Shown here one piece after another: positions 27,152 to 35,176 of a DNA stretch of 64,000 nucleotides. The position numbers were made by a program, and so were the translations under genes. The stretch lies in assembly GCA_021199855.1 (NCBI GenBank), contig JAJQHD010000009.1, forward strand, positions 4,287 through 68,286. The letters are read 5' to 3'. The notes below the pieces were generated by a model. That model had not been told where the DNA came from. It worked only from the letters and a program-made list of their open reading frames with translations, and did no database searches. Every line of letters starts with the position of its first letter. Position 1 is the stretch's first letter. This stretch comes from Oscillospiraceae bacterium. Lineage in GTDB: Bacteria > Bacillota > Clostridia > Oscillospirales > Ruminococcaceae.

Positions 27152-28621
27152 TTAGCTGAAATCAATAACCGTCCCCTCAACCATCTCTCCGAGCACATTT
27201 ACAAAGTAGAAGTAATCCACCTGGTCGAGGTCAATGAGCACTGCCCATTGGCGGATATAGGTTTTGGTGCCATCGTCTGTCGGGGTAAGACCGTCTACGA
27301 TTCCAGTGTATTGCCAACCGCCGTCGGTGACGACTTCGCTTCCGTCCTTCATGACGGCGACTATGTTGAACATATGCTTTTCAGTGGCTACTGTGGCATC
27401 AATGGTGTAGTTCACGCCGAACTCAGAAACAGTGAATCCCGAAACTCCCTCAATGCCGGTGTCGATGCTGACGTATGTAGCATCTGCAACATCAACCGTG
27501 AAGTCAATGGTCCAGGGACCGCCGATAAAGACCTGGTTGCCGTCTTCGTCGTAATAGAAAATCTTACCCATTGTGAGCGAGCAAATCAGGGCATCGACAT
27601 CATCGCCAATGGTGCTGTAGTCGGCATCGAAGAGTCTGTAGTATGCGCCGTCCTCAACCCACTCCCAGTCATTCTTAGTTCCATAAGCCGCCATGTTTGC
27701 GTTATCGATGTCGAAGATAATGCTCTTGAAGTACCATTCCGCACCTGAATCCAGCATCTCCATAAAGCTCTCGCCTTCAACCTTGACGAGGAAGTACATA
27801 TCGTTCTTACTTGCCATAGCAGAATCTACAGTAACTGTGATGTCCGACTCAATAGTGCCGGAGGCGTCTATCTCCTGAGCGGAGTTGGTTGTCTGGCTAT
27901 CGGTGGTATCTTCACTCACATCAACCGTGAAGTCAAAGCTCCATGAGCCGTTGATGACCACGTCTTTATCTTCTTCGTCGTAGTTGGAATGAAGTGCACC
28001 CATGCTGAGAGAGCAGTTAAGCGTAGTGACGTCCTCGGGCAGGGTATCATAACTGCATTCCCAGAGCCAATAGTAAACGCCGTCCTCTTCGTAGTGCCAG
28101 TCAATATGGCTGGCGTAAGCGGCGACCTCGGCATTTTTTATGCCAAAGTAGAAATGCTCGAAGTACCAGTTTTCGCCCTCGACCAGCACATCCTGGAGGC
28201 AGTCGCCCTCCATTCTGAGGAGGAAGTACATTTCATTCTGGCTCGCCATTGCAGAGTCGATGGTGACGGTTATTTCGTTTGAAATCTGGCTTGCATCTAT
28301 CTCTTGACTGAATCCGTCGATAACCTCAAGCTGACCCTGAGACATTTCTTCACCGGTGAGCTCTTGCCATCTGCCCTGGAAGAAGCTTGTCAGGCTGTTG
28401 CTGGCAGCTGCAAACCCTGCCCCCATAAGAAGCACAGCCGCAATCACTACAGCAAGCACTACCGGTAATCTATTGTGTTTTTTCTCCATAATTACGTTTT
28501 CCTTTCCCGCCTTGGTGTTTGCCAAAGCATAAATTCTGTCACTGCTGACGGCGGGGGCTTTTTTGAGCCGGATTTTCTCCTCGCCGTAGCTGTCGAGAAG
28601 GTCGCTATAAAGTTGTTTCAC
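27152..28621 (-). CDS. anti-sigma factor-like membrane protein with an internally duplicated ectodomain
   Basis: Same N-terminus and TM helix as 25398..26405. Two homologous blocks of about 133 aa (EIDASQISNEITVTIDSAMASQNEMYF... and EIDASGTIESDITVTVDSAMASKNDMYF...). Confidence 0.7.
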   Translation of the reverse strand: MKQLYSDLLDSYGEEKIRLKKAPAVSSDRIYALANTKAGKENVIMEKKHNRLPVVLAVVIAAVLLMGAGFAAASNSLTSFFQGRWQELTGEEMSQGQLEVIDGFSQEIDASQISNEITVTIDSAMASQNEMYFLLRMEGDCLQDVLVEGENWYFEHFYFGIKNAEVAAYASHIDWHYEEDGVYYWLWECSYDTLPEDVTTLNCSLSMGALHSNYDEEDKDVVINGSWSFDFTVDVSEDTTDSQTTNSAQEIDASGTIESDITVTVDSAMASKNDMYFLVKVEGESFMEMLDSGAEWYFKSIIFDIDNANMAAYGTKNDWEWVEDGAYYRLFDADYSTIGDDVDALICSLTMGKIFYYDEDGNQVFIGGPWTIDFTVDVADATYVSIDTGIEGVSGFTVSEFGVNYTIDATVATEKHMFNIVAVMKDGSEVVTDGGWQYTGIVDGLTPTDDGTKTYIRQWAVLIDLDQVDYFYFVNVLGEMVEGTVIDFS

Positions 28622-29172
28622 TTTGAAAAGCCTCCCTTTTCTAAGATTTCTTTGAGTCTAACCCGTCCTCTTTGAAGCCTTGTCTTGACGGTGGCGACGT
28701 TCGTGCCGGTCTCTTCGGAAATAGTTGCAACCGGCTGGTTGTAATAGTAGTACCGAAGGAGCACCTCGCGCTCGGGCTTTTTGAGCTTATCAAGAGCCGA
28801 TTTGATTTCTCTAGTCTGCTCTTCTTTTTCAAGATTTGAAAAGTCGTCCGTCATGTCGATTGTGTTCTCGGCAATCGTCTCGTCAAGGCTCTCAAAGATG
28901 ATTTTCTGGGAGCGTATGTAGTTCTTCGCTTTGTTTCTCGCAACGGCTGAGAGCCAACCCCGAAGGTGCGGGGTGGTGAGCTGAGTCCGGTTCCGCCAGA
29001 GTTCAAAGAACACATCCGCCGAAAGCTCCTCGATGACGGTGACATTGTCGAAATCCCTAAGCTGGTTCGCAATAACGGTCGAGACATAGCGACCGTACCC
29101 GGAAACAATCTCCCGGAAAGCCTCCTCGTCGCCCGAAGCAAGCTTCCTAAGGAGCCGTCTTTCGTCAATCAT
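28618..29172 (-). CDS. ECF-type sigma-70 family factor (pair 2)
   Basis: Paralog of 26402..26962 with high identity. Start placed at the ATG at 29172, 7 nt after GGAGG. Confidence 0.9.
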   Translation of the reverse strand: MIDERRLLRKLASGDEEAFREIVSGYGRYVSTVIANQLRDFDNVTVIEELSADVFFELWRNRTQLTTPHLRGWLSAVARNKAKNYIRSQKIIFESLDETIAENTIDMTDDFSNLEKEEQTREIKSALDKLKKPEREVLLRYYYYNQPVATISEETGTNVATVKTRLQRGRVRLKEILEKGGFSK

Positions 29173-29254
29173 CACCATCACCTCCAATTAGAATTTGAAA
29201 ACGTTTTCATACTTATAGACACCGATTTTTGCGGGTGGGATTCAAAATTCCCAC

Positions 29255-29290
29255 AAAAACCAGCCCCAACTTCAAAGAGTCAGGGCTGGA
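29255..29290 (-). repeat. 36-bp direct repeat copy 1, a terminator hairpin after vapC
   Basis: AAAAACCAGCCCCAACTTCAAAGAGTCAGGGCTGGA is identical to 30021-30056. The minus strand reads CCAGCCC..GGGCTGG followed by TTTTT. Confidence 0.85.
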
Positions 29291-29296
29291 ATAAAA

Positions 29297-29728
29297 TTAA
29301 TCTTCAAAATCTTCTGCTTCAATAGTTTTGATAAACTCCGTCGGAGTGAGAACTCGGACTGATGAGCCCTTGAAATCCTTTATATTGCGTGTGATGATGC
29401 AATCAACTTTGCAACGTACTCCTGTTTCAATCATAATAGCATCTTCAAAGTCTGAAACATCGGAAGTCAGTGCATGAAATATATCTTCTGCTGTAGTATC
29501 AAGAAGTATAACAATCGAAAGTAGCTTGTTCAGATTCGCCCTGCTTTCCTCCTCACTGTGAGTGCATCGGCGAGTAAGATAGTGAATGTCAGCCGCTGAT
29601 TTTGCGGTTATATATCCATCGAACTCGCCAGTGATTGCCAAACGGAGAACGGTATAAGCGTCATCAAAAAACGGTTGGCGATTTTGGAGAAGGTCCATTA
29701 TGACGCAGGTATCAATCAAAGCAGTCAT
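29297..29728 (-). CDS. vapC: PIN-domain toxin (VapC-like)
   Basis: MTALIDTCVIMDLL... carries the PIN N-terminal acidic motif. 143 aa, overlapping the antitoxin stop by 4 nt. Confidence 0.8.
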   Translation of the reverse strand: MTALIDTCVIMDLLQNRQPFFDDAYTVLRLAITGEFDGYITAKSAADIHYLTRRCTHSEEESRANLNKLLSIVILLDTTAEDIFHALTSDVSDFEDAIMIETGVRCKVDCIITRNIKDFKGSSVRVLTPTEFIKTIEAEDFED

Positions 29729-29940
29729 ATCTTACTGAGCCTCTCTTCTCTTGCTTCTTCGAGCGTCATAGTAGCCGGAACACTTCCCGCCAATTCGTTA
29801 AGAATTTTTAGCTTGTCTTGATACGGAGATGTAAGCTTGGCAATAGTTTTACCATTACGGGTGATGTAGACATCCTCGGTTGCGGCTAAGACGAGATATT
29901 TACCGAGATTAGCTTTCAGCTCGGTTGCGGTGATAGACAT
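29725..29940 (-). CDS. Phd/YefM-type antitoxin
   Basis: MSITATELKANLGKYLVLAATEDVYITRNGKTIAKL is typical of Phd/YefM. AGGAGG lies 7 nt upstream of the ATG at 29940. Confidence 0.8.
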   Translation of the reverse strand: MSITATELKANLGKYLVLAATEDVYITRNGKTIAKLTSPYQDKLKILNELAGSVPATMTLEEAREERLSKI

Positions 29941-30020
29941 GGAAACGCCTCCTTTCAGGTTCTGATAATAGTATACCACAATCGGACGATTTCGTCAACA
30001 GTTTCGGACGATTTTTCAGT

Positions 30021-30056
30021 AAAAACCAGCCCCAACTTCAAAGAGTCAGGGCTGGA
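30021..30056 (-). repeat. 36-bp direct repeat copy 2, a terminator hairpin after the acidic protein gene
   Basis: Identical to 29255-29290. Confidence 0.85.
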
Positions 30057-30081
30057 TTTAGTGATATGCTATTTTTGGAAA

Positions 30082-30681
30082 TTAGCCTTCGGTGTGGGGC
30101 TCTTCATCGTTTACGTGGATTTCCTCGGTGACCTCTTCGGCGGCTTCCTGGATGTCCTCGGCAACTTCGGAGGCGGCTTTGAGGGTTTCGTCGACAGACT
30201 CGGGAACCTCGGGTTCGTCGTCTTCGTCCTCGTCATCCCATTCGATGGTGTACTCAGCTTCGTGGCGCTCTTCGAGTCTTTCGGCAACCTTGTCGGCGAT
30301 AATGGAAGCCCATTCGCTTGCCTTGTCGGCGGCAATGACAATTCCGCTCATGACGCCGTCGACGATACTGTTGACAGCCTCGGAAATATCCTGACCGTGA
30401 TCTTTGCATTCGTCGCACTCGCACTCGTCATCACATTCGCATTCGTCGTCACATTCGTCACACTCGTCGTCCTTTTCGCACGCATGATCGGCAGTGCACT
30501 CCTCGCCGTCCCAGGCTTCGCAGTCCTCGCACTCGCAATCGTCGGTGTCGTCAAGACCCTCGAAATCCTCAGTGTCGTCGATCTCCTCGTCCTCACGAAC
30601 CTTCTTTGCAAGAGCAAAGCCGAGAGCCGCGGCGGCTGCAGCCGCACCTATTCCAAAAGCTATTTTAAATGCATTACTCAT
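30082..30681 (-). CDS. membrane-anchored, extremely acidic Cys/Asp/Glu-rich protein
   Basis: GGAGA RBS. N-terminal anchor MSNAFKIAFGIGAAAAAAALGFALAKK, then DDCECEDCEAWDGEECTADHACEKDDECDECDDECECDDECECDECKDH. A terminator follows. The plus-strand ORF 30061..30732 is its shadow. Confidence 0.65.
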   Translation of the reverse strand: MSNAFKIAFGIGAAAAAAALGFALAKKVREDEEIDDTEDFEGLDDTDDCECEDCEAWDGEECTADHACEKDDECDECDDECECDDECECDECKDHGQDISEAVNSIVDGVMSGIVIAADKASEWASIIADKVAERLEERHEAEYTIEWDDEDEDDEPEVPESVDETLKAASEVAEDIQEAAEEVTEEIHVNDEEPHTEG

Positions 30682-30750
30682 CTGAAAACATCTCCTTCAG
30701 TTTTTCTTAAGTTTAATATAGCACACATTTGAGAAAAATGCAATACCCAT

Positions 30751-31470
30751 TTACATATTATCGGTCAAAAACATGATAATGGCGGTCGCCGCCAGAGGTG
30801 CAGTCTCGCACCGGAGGATTCTGTCCCCAAGCCAGGCTTTTTTAATGCCACTTTCTTCGAGAATCTCAATCTCCGAAGGCTCAAATCCGCCTTCAGAACC
30901 GATAAACAGCCCGATTTCCGACTTTTTCTGAATCCCGATATCTTTGAGACTGACTCCGCCCTTTTCGTAGCAGATGATGCCCAAATCCATTTGGGACATC
31001 TCTTTAACGCACTCATCAAAGCTCATTATGTCCGAAACCTCGGGGATAATTCCACGCCCCGACTGCTTCGCCGCTTCGAGGGCTATTTTCTGGAGTCTCT
31101 CCCGCTTCGACTTGAATCGTTCGTTATCGGGACGGGAGACACAGCGCTTCGTCAGCACCGAGCAAATTCTGACGACTCCCAGCTCGACCGATTTCTGAAC
31201 GATAAGTTCCAGCTTGTCGAGCTTCGGCATTGCCATGAACAGCGTCAAATCGATATTCGGTTCGCTTGACGGCGATTCACTTATCACTTTGAGCGAAACA
31301 TCCTCCCGGGTTATCCCGATAATCTCGCACCGATAATCCACTCCATCCCGGCAGACGGTGAGTTCATCCCCGACAGCCATCCGAAGCGACTTACCGATGT
31401 GCTGAGCATCCGCCCCATCGATAGTAATAATCCCGCCAGCAGGTGGTTCACTAACAAAAAACCTCGGCAT
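30751..31470 (-). CDS. rsmE: 16S rRNA (uracil1498-N3)-methyltransferase
   Basis: MPRFFV... N-terminus, PUA-like domain, and a C-terminal SPOUT knot (LFIGSEGGF...E...LG.RILR.ETA). Confidence 0.9.
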   Translation of the reverse strand: MPRFFVSEPPAGGIITIDGADAQHIGKSLRMAVGDELTVCRDGVDYRCEIIGITREDVSLKVISESPSSEPNIDLTLFMAMPKLDKLELIVQKSVELGVVRICSVLTKRCVSRPDNERFKSKRERLQKIALEAAKQSGRGIIPEVSDIMSFDECVKEMSQMDLGIICYEKGGVSLKDIGIQKKSEIGLFIGSEGGFEPSEIEILEESGIKKAWLGDRILRCETAPLAATAIIMFLTDNM

Positions 31471-31599
31471 CCTATTGCCCTTTCCGAAAAAATCTGCACT
31501 TAAATTATAATCTTATCGTCGCCAATTTTCAAGAGTAAATTTAAGATTTCGTGCTTATTTCATGTTGATTTCACAAACAGAGTTGCGCATTTCGGCAGC

Positions 31600-31818
31600 A
31601 TCGCGCTCGCCTTCGGCTCGCGCACCTCTCAGTCTGCCCTGCGGGCAGCCAGCTCCCCTTAAAAAGGGGAGCCAGAATTGTTCTCCCGAAAGCTTCTGCC
31701 AAAGCACAAGGCAGCATTTTGCGATTAAGGCTCCCCTGTCAAGGGGAGCTGTCACGCGAAGCGTGACTGAGAGGTTCGCCGACCAAAGGGAGGCGCGTCG
31801 CCGTAGGCGACTGAGGGG
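31600..31818. repeat. composite hairpin repeat (family A, inverted double unit)
   Basis: GCGCTCGCCTTCGGCTCGCGC, ACCTCTCAGTC..AGCTCCCCTTAAAAAGGGGAGCC, a core with CCGAAAGCTTCTGC, GGCTCCCCTGTCAAGGGGAGC TGTCACGCGAAGCGTGAC TGAGAGGT, and GTCGCCGTAGGCGAC. Confidence 0.85.
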
Positions 31819-31893
31819 TTTCTAAAACCTCTTGCATATCTCCCCGAAATGTGCTACACTATACCTGATAACTCAATCGAAGGGAGCGATACC

Positions 31894-32379
31894 ATGCGTA
31901 GAGACAAGATTAATTATTACCTCGACATCGCCGATGCAGTTTCCGAAAGAGGAACCTGCCTGAGGAGAAGATATGGTGCGGTAATCGTCAATAACGACCA
32001 GATTATATCGACCGGCTATGTCGGAGCACCCAGAGGAAGAAAGAACTGTTCAGATCTCGGCTACTGTGTCCGGACTCAACTCAATATCCCGAGAGGCGAG
32101 AGATATGAGCTCTGCCGTTCTGTCCATGCCGAAATGAATGCCATCATCAATGCACCGAGGGAAAGCATGATTGGCGCTTCGCTCTACCTTTGCGGACGGG
32201 AAGTCTCGACCGGCGAGTACATAAGAAATTCGTCATGTTGCTCGATGTGCAAGCGTGTTGTAATCAATGCCGGAATCGAACGGGTCTACATTCGTGATGA
32301 CGATGAAAACTACCGTGTAATCGATGTCTTCGACTGGATACTTAACGACGATTCTGTAGAAGGAAAGTTCGGCTATTGA
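31894..32379 (+). CDS. comEB: dCMP deaminase (ComEB-type)
   Basis: HAEMNAI zinc motif and CCSMCKRVV. AGGGAG RBS upstream of the ATG at 31894. Confidence 0.9.
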   Translation: MRRDKINYYLDIADAVSERGTCLRRRYGAVIVNNDQIISTGYVGAPRGRKNCSDLGYCVRTQLNIPRGERYELCRSVHAEMNAIINAPRESMIGASLYLCGREVSTGEYIRNSSCCSMCKRVVINAGIERVYIRDDDENYRVIDVFDWILNDDSVEGKFGY

Positions 32380-32828
32380 TGACTAGAATTTTTGAAACAC
32401 ATTCGTCTGATGAGACGATAGCTCTTGGAGAAGCTGTGGGGAAGCTCCTCCACGGCGGAGACGTAGTCGCTTTTCGGGGAGGACTCGGCGCCGGGAAAAC
32501 CACCTTTACTCATGGCTTGGCGGTTGGCTTGGGACTTCGTGACGACGTCAGCAGTCCGACGTTCGCGATAGTAAACGAGTATTCTGAGCCCCGGAAAACG
32601 CCGCTATATCACTTCGACATGTACAGGATTGCCGATTCGGATGAACTCGAATCCATCGGCTTTTACGACTATCTCGATTCGGACGCAGTTTTAGCAATAG
32701 AGTGGAGCGAAAATATCGAGCATGAGCTCCCGGACAGCACGATAATCATTTCGTTTGAAGTGACGGGGGAGAGCTCCCGGAAGATAACAATAATCGGAGA
32801 TGAGAGATTTGACAATATTGGGTATTGA
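32376..32828 (+). CDS. tsaE: tRNA t6A37 biosynthesis ATPase TsaE
   Basis: GGLGAGKTTFTHGLAVGLG P-loop and SPTFAIVNEY. 150 aa. Confidence 0.9.
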   Translation: MMTRIFETHSSDETIALGEAVGKLLHGGDVVAFRGGLGAGKTTFTHGLAVGLGLRDDVSSPTFAIVNEYSEPRKTPLYHFDMYRIADSDELESIGFYDYLDSDAVLAIEWSENIEHELPDSTIIISFEVTGESSRKITIIGDERFDNIGY

Positions 32829-33492
32829 TACCTCCGGAAAAACCGCCTCCTGCGCTGTTTATCGTGACGGAATCATCCTGGGACAGACCACGGTTTATAC
32901 AAAACTCACCCATTCGCAGGTGATTCTCCCGTTCATAGAGAAGCTTCTTTCGGACACGGAGCTCACCGTCGCAGATATGGATTTAATTGCCGTCTCGAAC
33001 GGTCCCGGCTCCTATACCGGTTTGAGAATAGGTGTTGCTCTTGTGAAAGGACTTTGCGCCACCGGTGGCAAGTGCGTCGGAATCTCGACGCTAGAAGCCC
33101 TTGCGGCGAACTCCGAAGCGGCGAAAGCCACCATCTTTTCGCTTCTGAAAGCCCGCCCGGAGGTTGTCTATTTTGGAGCATACGCCTCGGACGGCGAGAA
33201 GCTGACAATGGTTCAGTCCGACGAAGTGACCGGTTACGAAGCCGTGAAAGCACTTGCGGACAAGACCCCGGGCGACATAATCCTCACCGGCGACTGTGCC
33301 GAGGACGTTAAAGAGAAGATTTTTGCAGGTGATGAAAGAATCCGCCTTGCCCCTGTCCAGAACCGCCTTCAGCAAGCCACTGGCGTAATCTCCGCGGCAC
33401 TCGGGCATCTTGAAGAAGCAGGGAGTGCGGAGGATTTACGGGTCAGATATTTGCAGATAACCAAAGCAGAGAAAGATTTAAAAGAAAGGTGA
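32800..33492 (+). CDS. tsaB: tRNA t6A37 biosynthesis protein TsaB
   Basis: ILGIDTSGKTASCAVY ... GPGSYTGLRIG. 230 aa. Confidence 0.85.
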   Translation: MRDLTILGIDTSGKTASCAVYRDGIILGQTTVYTKLTHSQVILPFIEKLLSDTELTVADMDLIAVSNGPGSYTGLRIGVALVKGLCATGGKCVGISTLEALAANSEAAKATIFSLLKARPEVVYFGAYASDGEKLTMVQSDEVTGYEAVKALADKTPGDIILTGDCAEDVKEKIFAGDERIRLAPVQNRLQQATGVISAALGHLEEAGSAEDLRVRYLQITKAEKDLKER

Positions 33493-33497
33493 TTATC

Positions 33498-33941
33498 ATG
33501 AAAGTAGGAATTGGAAACGACCATGCAGGTGCGGAATTGAAGGTGGAGATTGTGAAGCACCTTGATGAAATTGGAGTCGACTATATCGATTATGGCGTCG
33601 CCGTCGGGGAGAAGATTGATTATCCCGATGCGGCGGAAATGGTCTGCAAGGAAGTCGTAAACGGCACCGTTGACAGAGCAATCCTCATTTGCGGCACCGG
33701 CATTGGCATCTCGATTGCGGCGAACAAGATTAACGGCATCCGTGCCTGTGCCTGCTCAGATGCCTTCTCGGCGAAGTACACCCGCCTCCATAACGACGCC
33801 AACGCCCTCTGCCTCGGCGGCAGGGTAGTAGGTGCAGGTCTCGCCAACGAGCTCGTCGACATCTTCCTCACCACTGACTTCGAAGGTGGACGGCATCAGA
33901 GAAGAGTGGATTTGATTACGAAGCTGGAAGAGAAGTATTGA
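33498..33941 (+). CDS. rpiB: ribose-5-phosphate isomerase B
   Basis: MKVGIGNDHAG...ILICGTGIGISIAANK...RLHNDANALCLGGRV is the RpiB/LacAB signature. Confidence 0.9.
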   Translation: MKVGIGNDHAGAELKVEIVKHLDEIGVDYIDYGVAVGEKIDYPDAAEMVCKEVVNGTVDRAILICGTGIGISIAANKINGIRACACSDAFSAKYTRLHNDANALCLGGRVVGAGLANELVDIFLTTDFEGGRHQRRVDLITKLEEKY

Positions 33942-33956
33942 GTTCTTATAAAAATC

Positions 33957-33981
33957 GCCTCCCCACAAATTGTGGAGAGGC
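33957..33981. terminator. bidirectional terminator between rpiB and the HEPN gene
   Basis: GCCTCCCCAC-AAATT-GTGGAGAGGC, flanked by an A-run and a T-run. Confidence 0.65.
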
Positions 33982-33987
33982 ATTTTA

Positions 33988-34335
33988 TTATTCATTTTCC
34001 AACTGCTTTTCGCAAAAATCCTTCAAAGTGGGAATATCATTGATAGCGGTTTCCCAGATGACGGCTCGGCTCATGCTTCCGTAATTGTGGGCGACCAGAT
34101 TACGCATACCTTTCATCGCAGACTATTGCATGAGGTCTGCTGTTTCACTTCTGAATTCGGGTGACAAGCCACCGTTGAGTTCTCCGATTTGGAGAATACA
34201 AAATGAGACAGAATGCTGATAGTCGGCATCTTCATTGAAAATCTCAAACGATTTTCCATATCGGTTTATCGTTTTTTCGATTTCGGCGCAGTAGTCAAGC
34301 ATGTGGCTCAGTCTTTGCCTGTCAAGCGACTGCAT
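33988..34335 (-). pseudogene. HEPN (DUF86) toxin gene interrupted by an in-frame TAG just upstream of the RX4H motif
   Basis: ORF 34123..34335 ends ...ADLMQ-TAG. The same frame continues SAMKGMRNLVAHNYGSMSRAVIWETAINDIPTLKDFCEKQLENE-TAA (to 33988) and contains the HEPN R-N-x-x-x-H motif. Confidence 0.8.
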
Positions 34336-34657
34336 ACAAGCTCACCTTCTCTTTCTCCACATTATCCCTGAACCCGATTTCGCTTGGCATTTGCGGCGTT
34401 TGGGTGAGGGATGACAGGGTTATCAGGTCGATTTCCTTGCCGAGTGCTTCCGAAAGCTCGGAATAGAGTGCTCCGAGGGCAAACAAGCTTGTGAGAGCTG
34501 TTCCGGTGGTGTCCACCACAAGGTCGATATCGCTATCTGCATCCGCCGTGCCACGGGCATAAGAACCATAGAGGTACACAGCACGAATCCCGTATTTCTC
34601 CGCAATCGGCTTGACAATCTCCGCAATTTCCTGCACGGTCAATATTTTATTGTGCAT
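34322..34657 (-). CDS. MNT-type nucleotidyltransferase antitoxin
   Basis: YLYGSYARGTADADSDIDLVVD is the minimal nucleotidyltransferase motif. Overlaps the HEPN gene start. Confidence 0.85.
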   Translation of the reverse strand: MHNKILTVQEIAEIVKPIAEKYGIRAVYLYGSYARGTADADSDIDLVVDTTGTALTSLFALGALYSELSEALGKEIDLITLSSLTQTPQMPSEIGFRDNVEKEKVSLYAVA

Positions 34658-34687
34658 GTAATCACCATCCTATCAAAAGCGGGTTTC

Positions 34688-34807
34688 CTATAGCAATTCT
34701 TCCAACTGCCCAATAAGCACCGGCAGTTCATCAAAGACCACATCAACGATGATATTCCAGTTGGTGCCGTCGTAGTCGTGAAGGAGGAGGTTATCCGAAT
34801 ACTTCAC
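34688..34807 (-). pseudogene. remnant of a second HEPN (DUF86) gene, C-terminal ~39 codons only
   Basis: Translation VKYSDNLLLHDYDGTNWNIIVDVVFDELPVLIGQLEELL resembles only the part of DUF86 from the catalytic His onward. No N-terminal half is present. Confidence 0.4.
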
Positions 34808-35103
34808 GCCACCTTCAACCTTTCTTTCATAACATTCTGGTAGAATTCGCTGTCTGCATTGACTTCGTGAATCTCGAAGACGTCGACGTCTTTGCCGAAG
34901 GCTTTGCGGAGGTCTTCTGCAAGGGAGAAGATTCGGGTCAGCTTGAAGAGGCTTCCTCCGAATACGAGAAAGTCGAGGTCGCTGTCCTGAGAGGCTTCTC
35001 CTCTGGCATAGGAACCAAAGAGATATATCTATTCAACGCCGTATTCTTCCGCAATCGGCTTGACAATCTCTGCGATTTCCTGCAAACTTAAAACTTTATC
35101 CAT
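34804..35103 (-). pseudogene. second MNT-type nucleotidyltransferase gene interrupted by an in-frame TAG
   Basis: GGAGGTG RBS and ATG at 35103. MDKVLSLQEIAEIVKPIAEEYGVE-TAG(35031-35029)-IYLFGSYARGEASQDSDLDFLV... stays in the same frame through to TGA at 34806-34804. Confidence 0.75.
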
Positions 35104-35176
35104 CGGAACACCTCCAAAATAGACAATCGGGGAGTTCGCCAACGGTGAACTTTTGTTACTTGCATTAGCAAGCTAC

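Noticed and set aside
31555-31825. ORFs that run through the hairpin repeats: 31555..31755, 31562..31825, 25132..25389, 52326..52553, 59346..59597, 37379..37588 and 667..912.
   Set aside because: They are translations of palindromic family A elements in both directions. The recurring peptide fragments such as GSPLxKGELxxxLTER have no start context and overlap each other on both strands.
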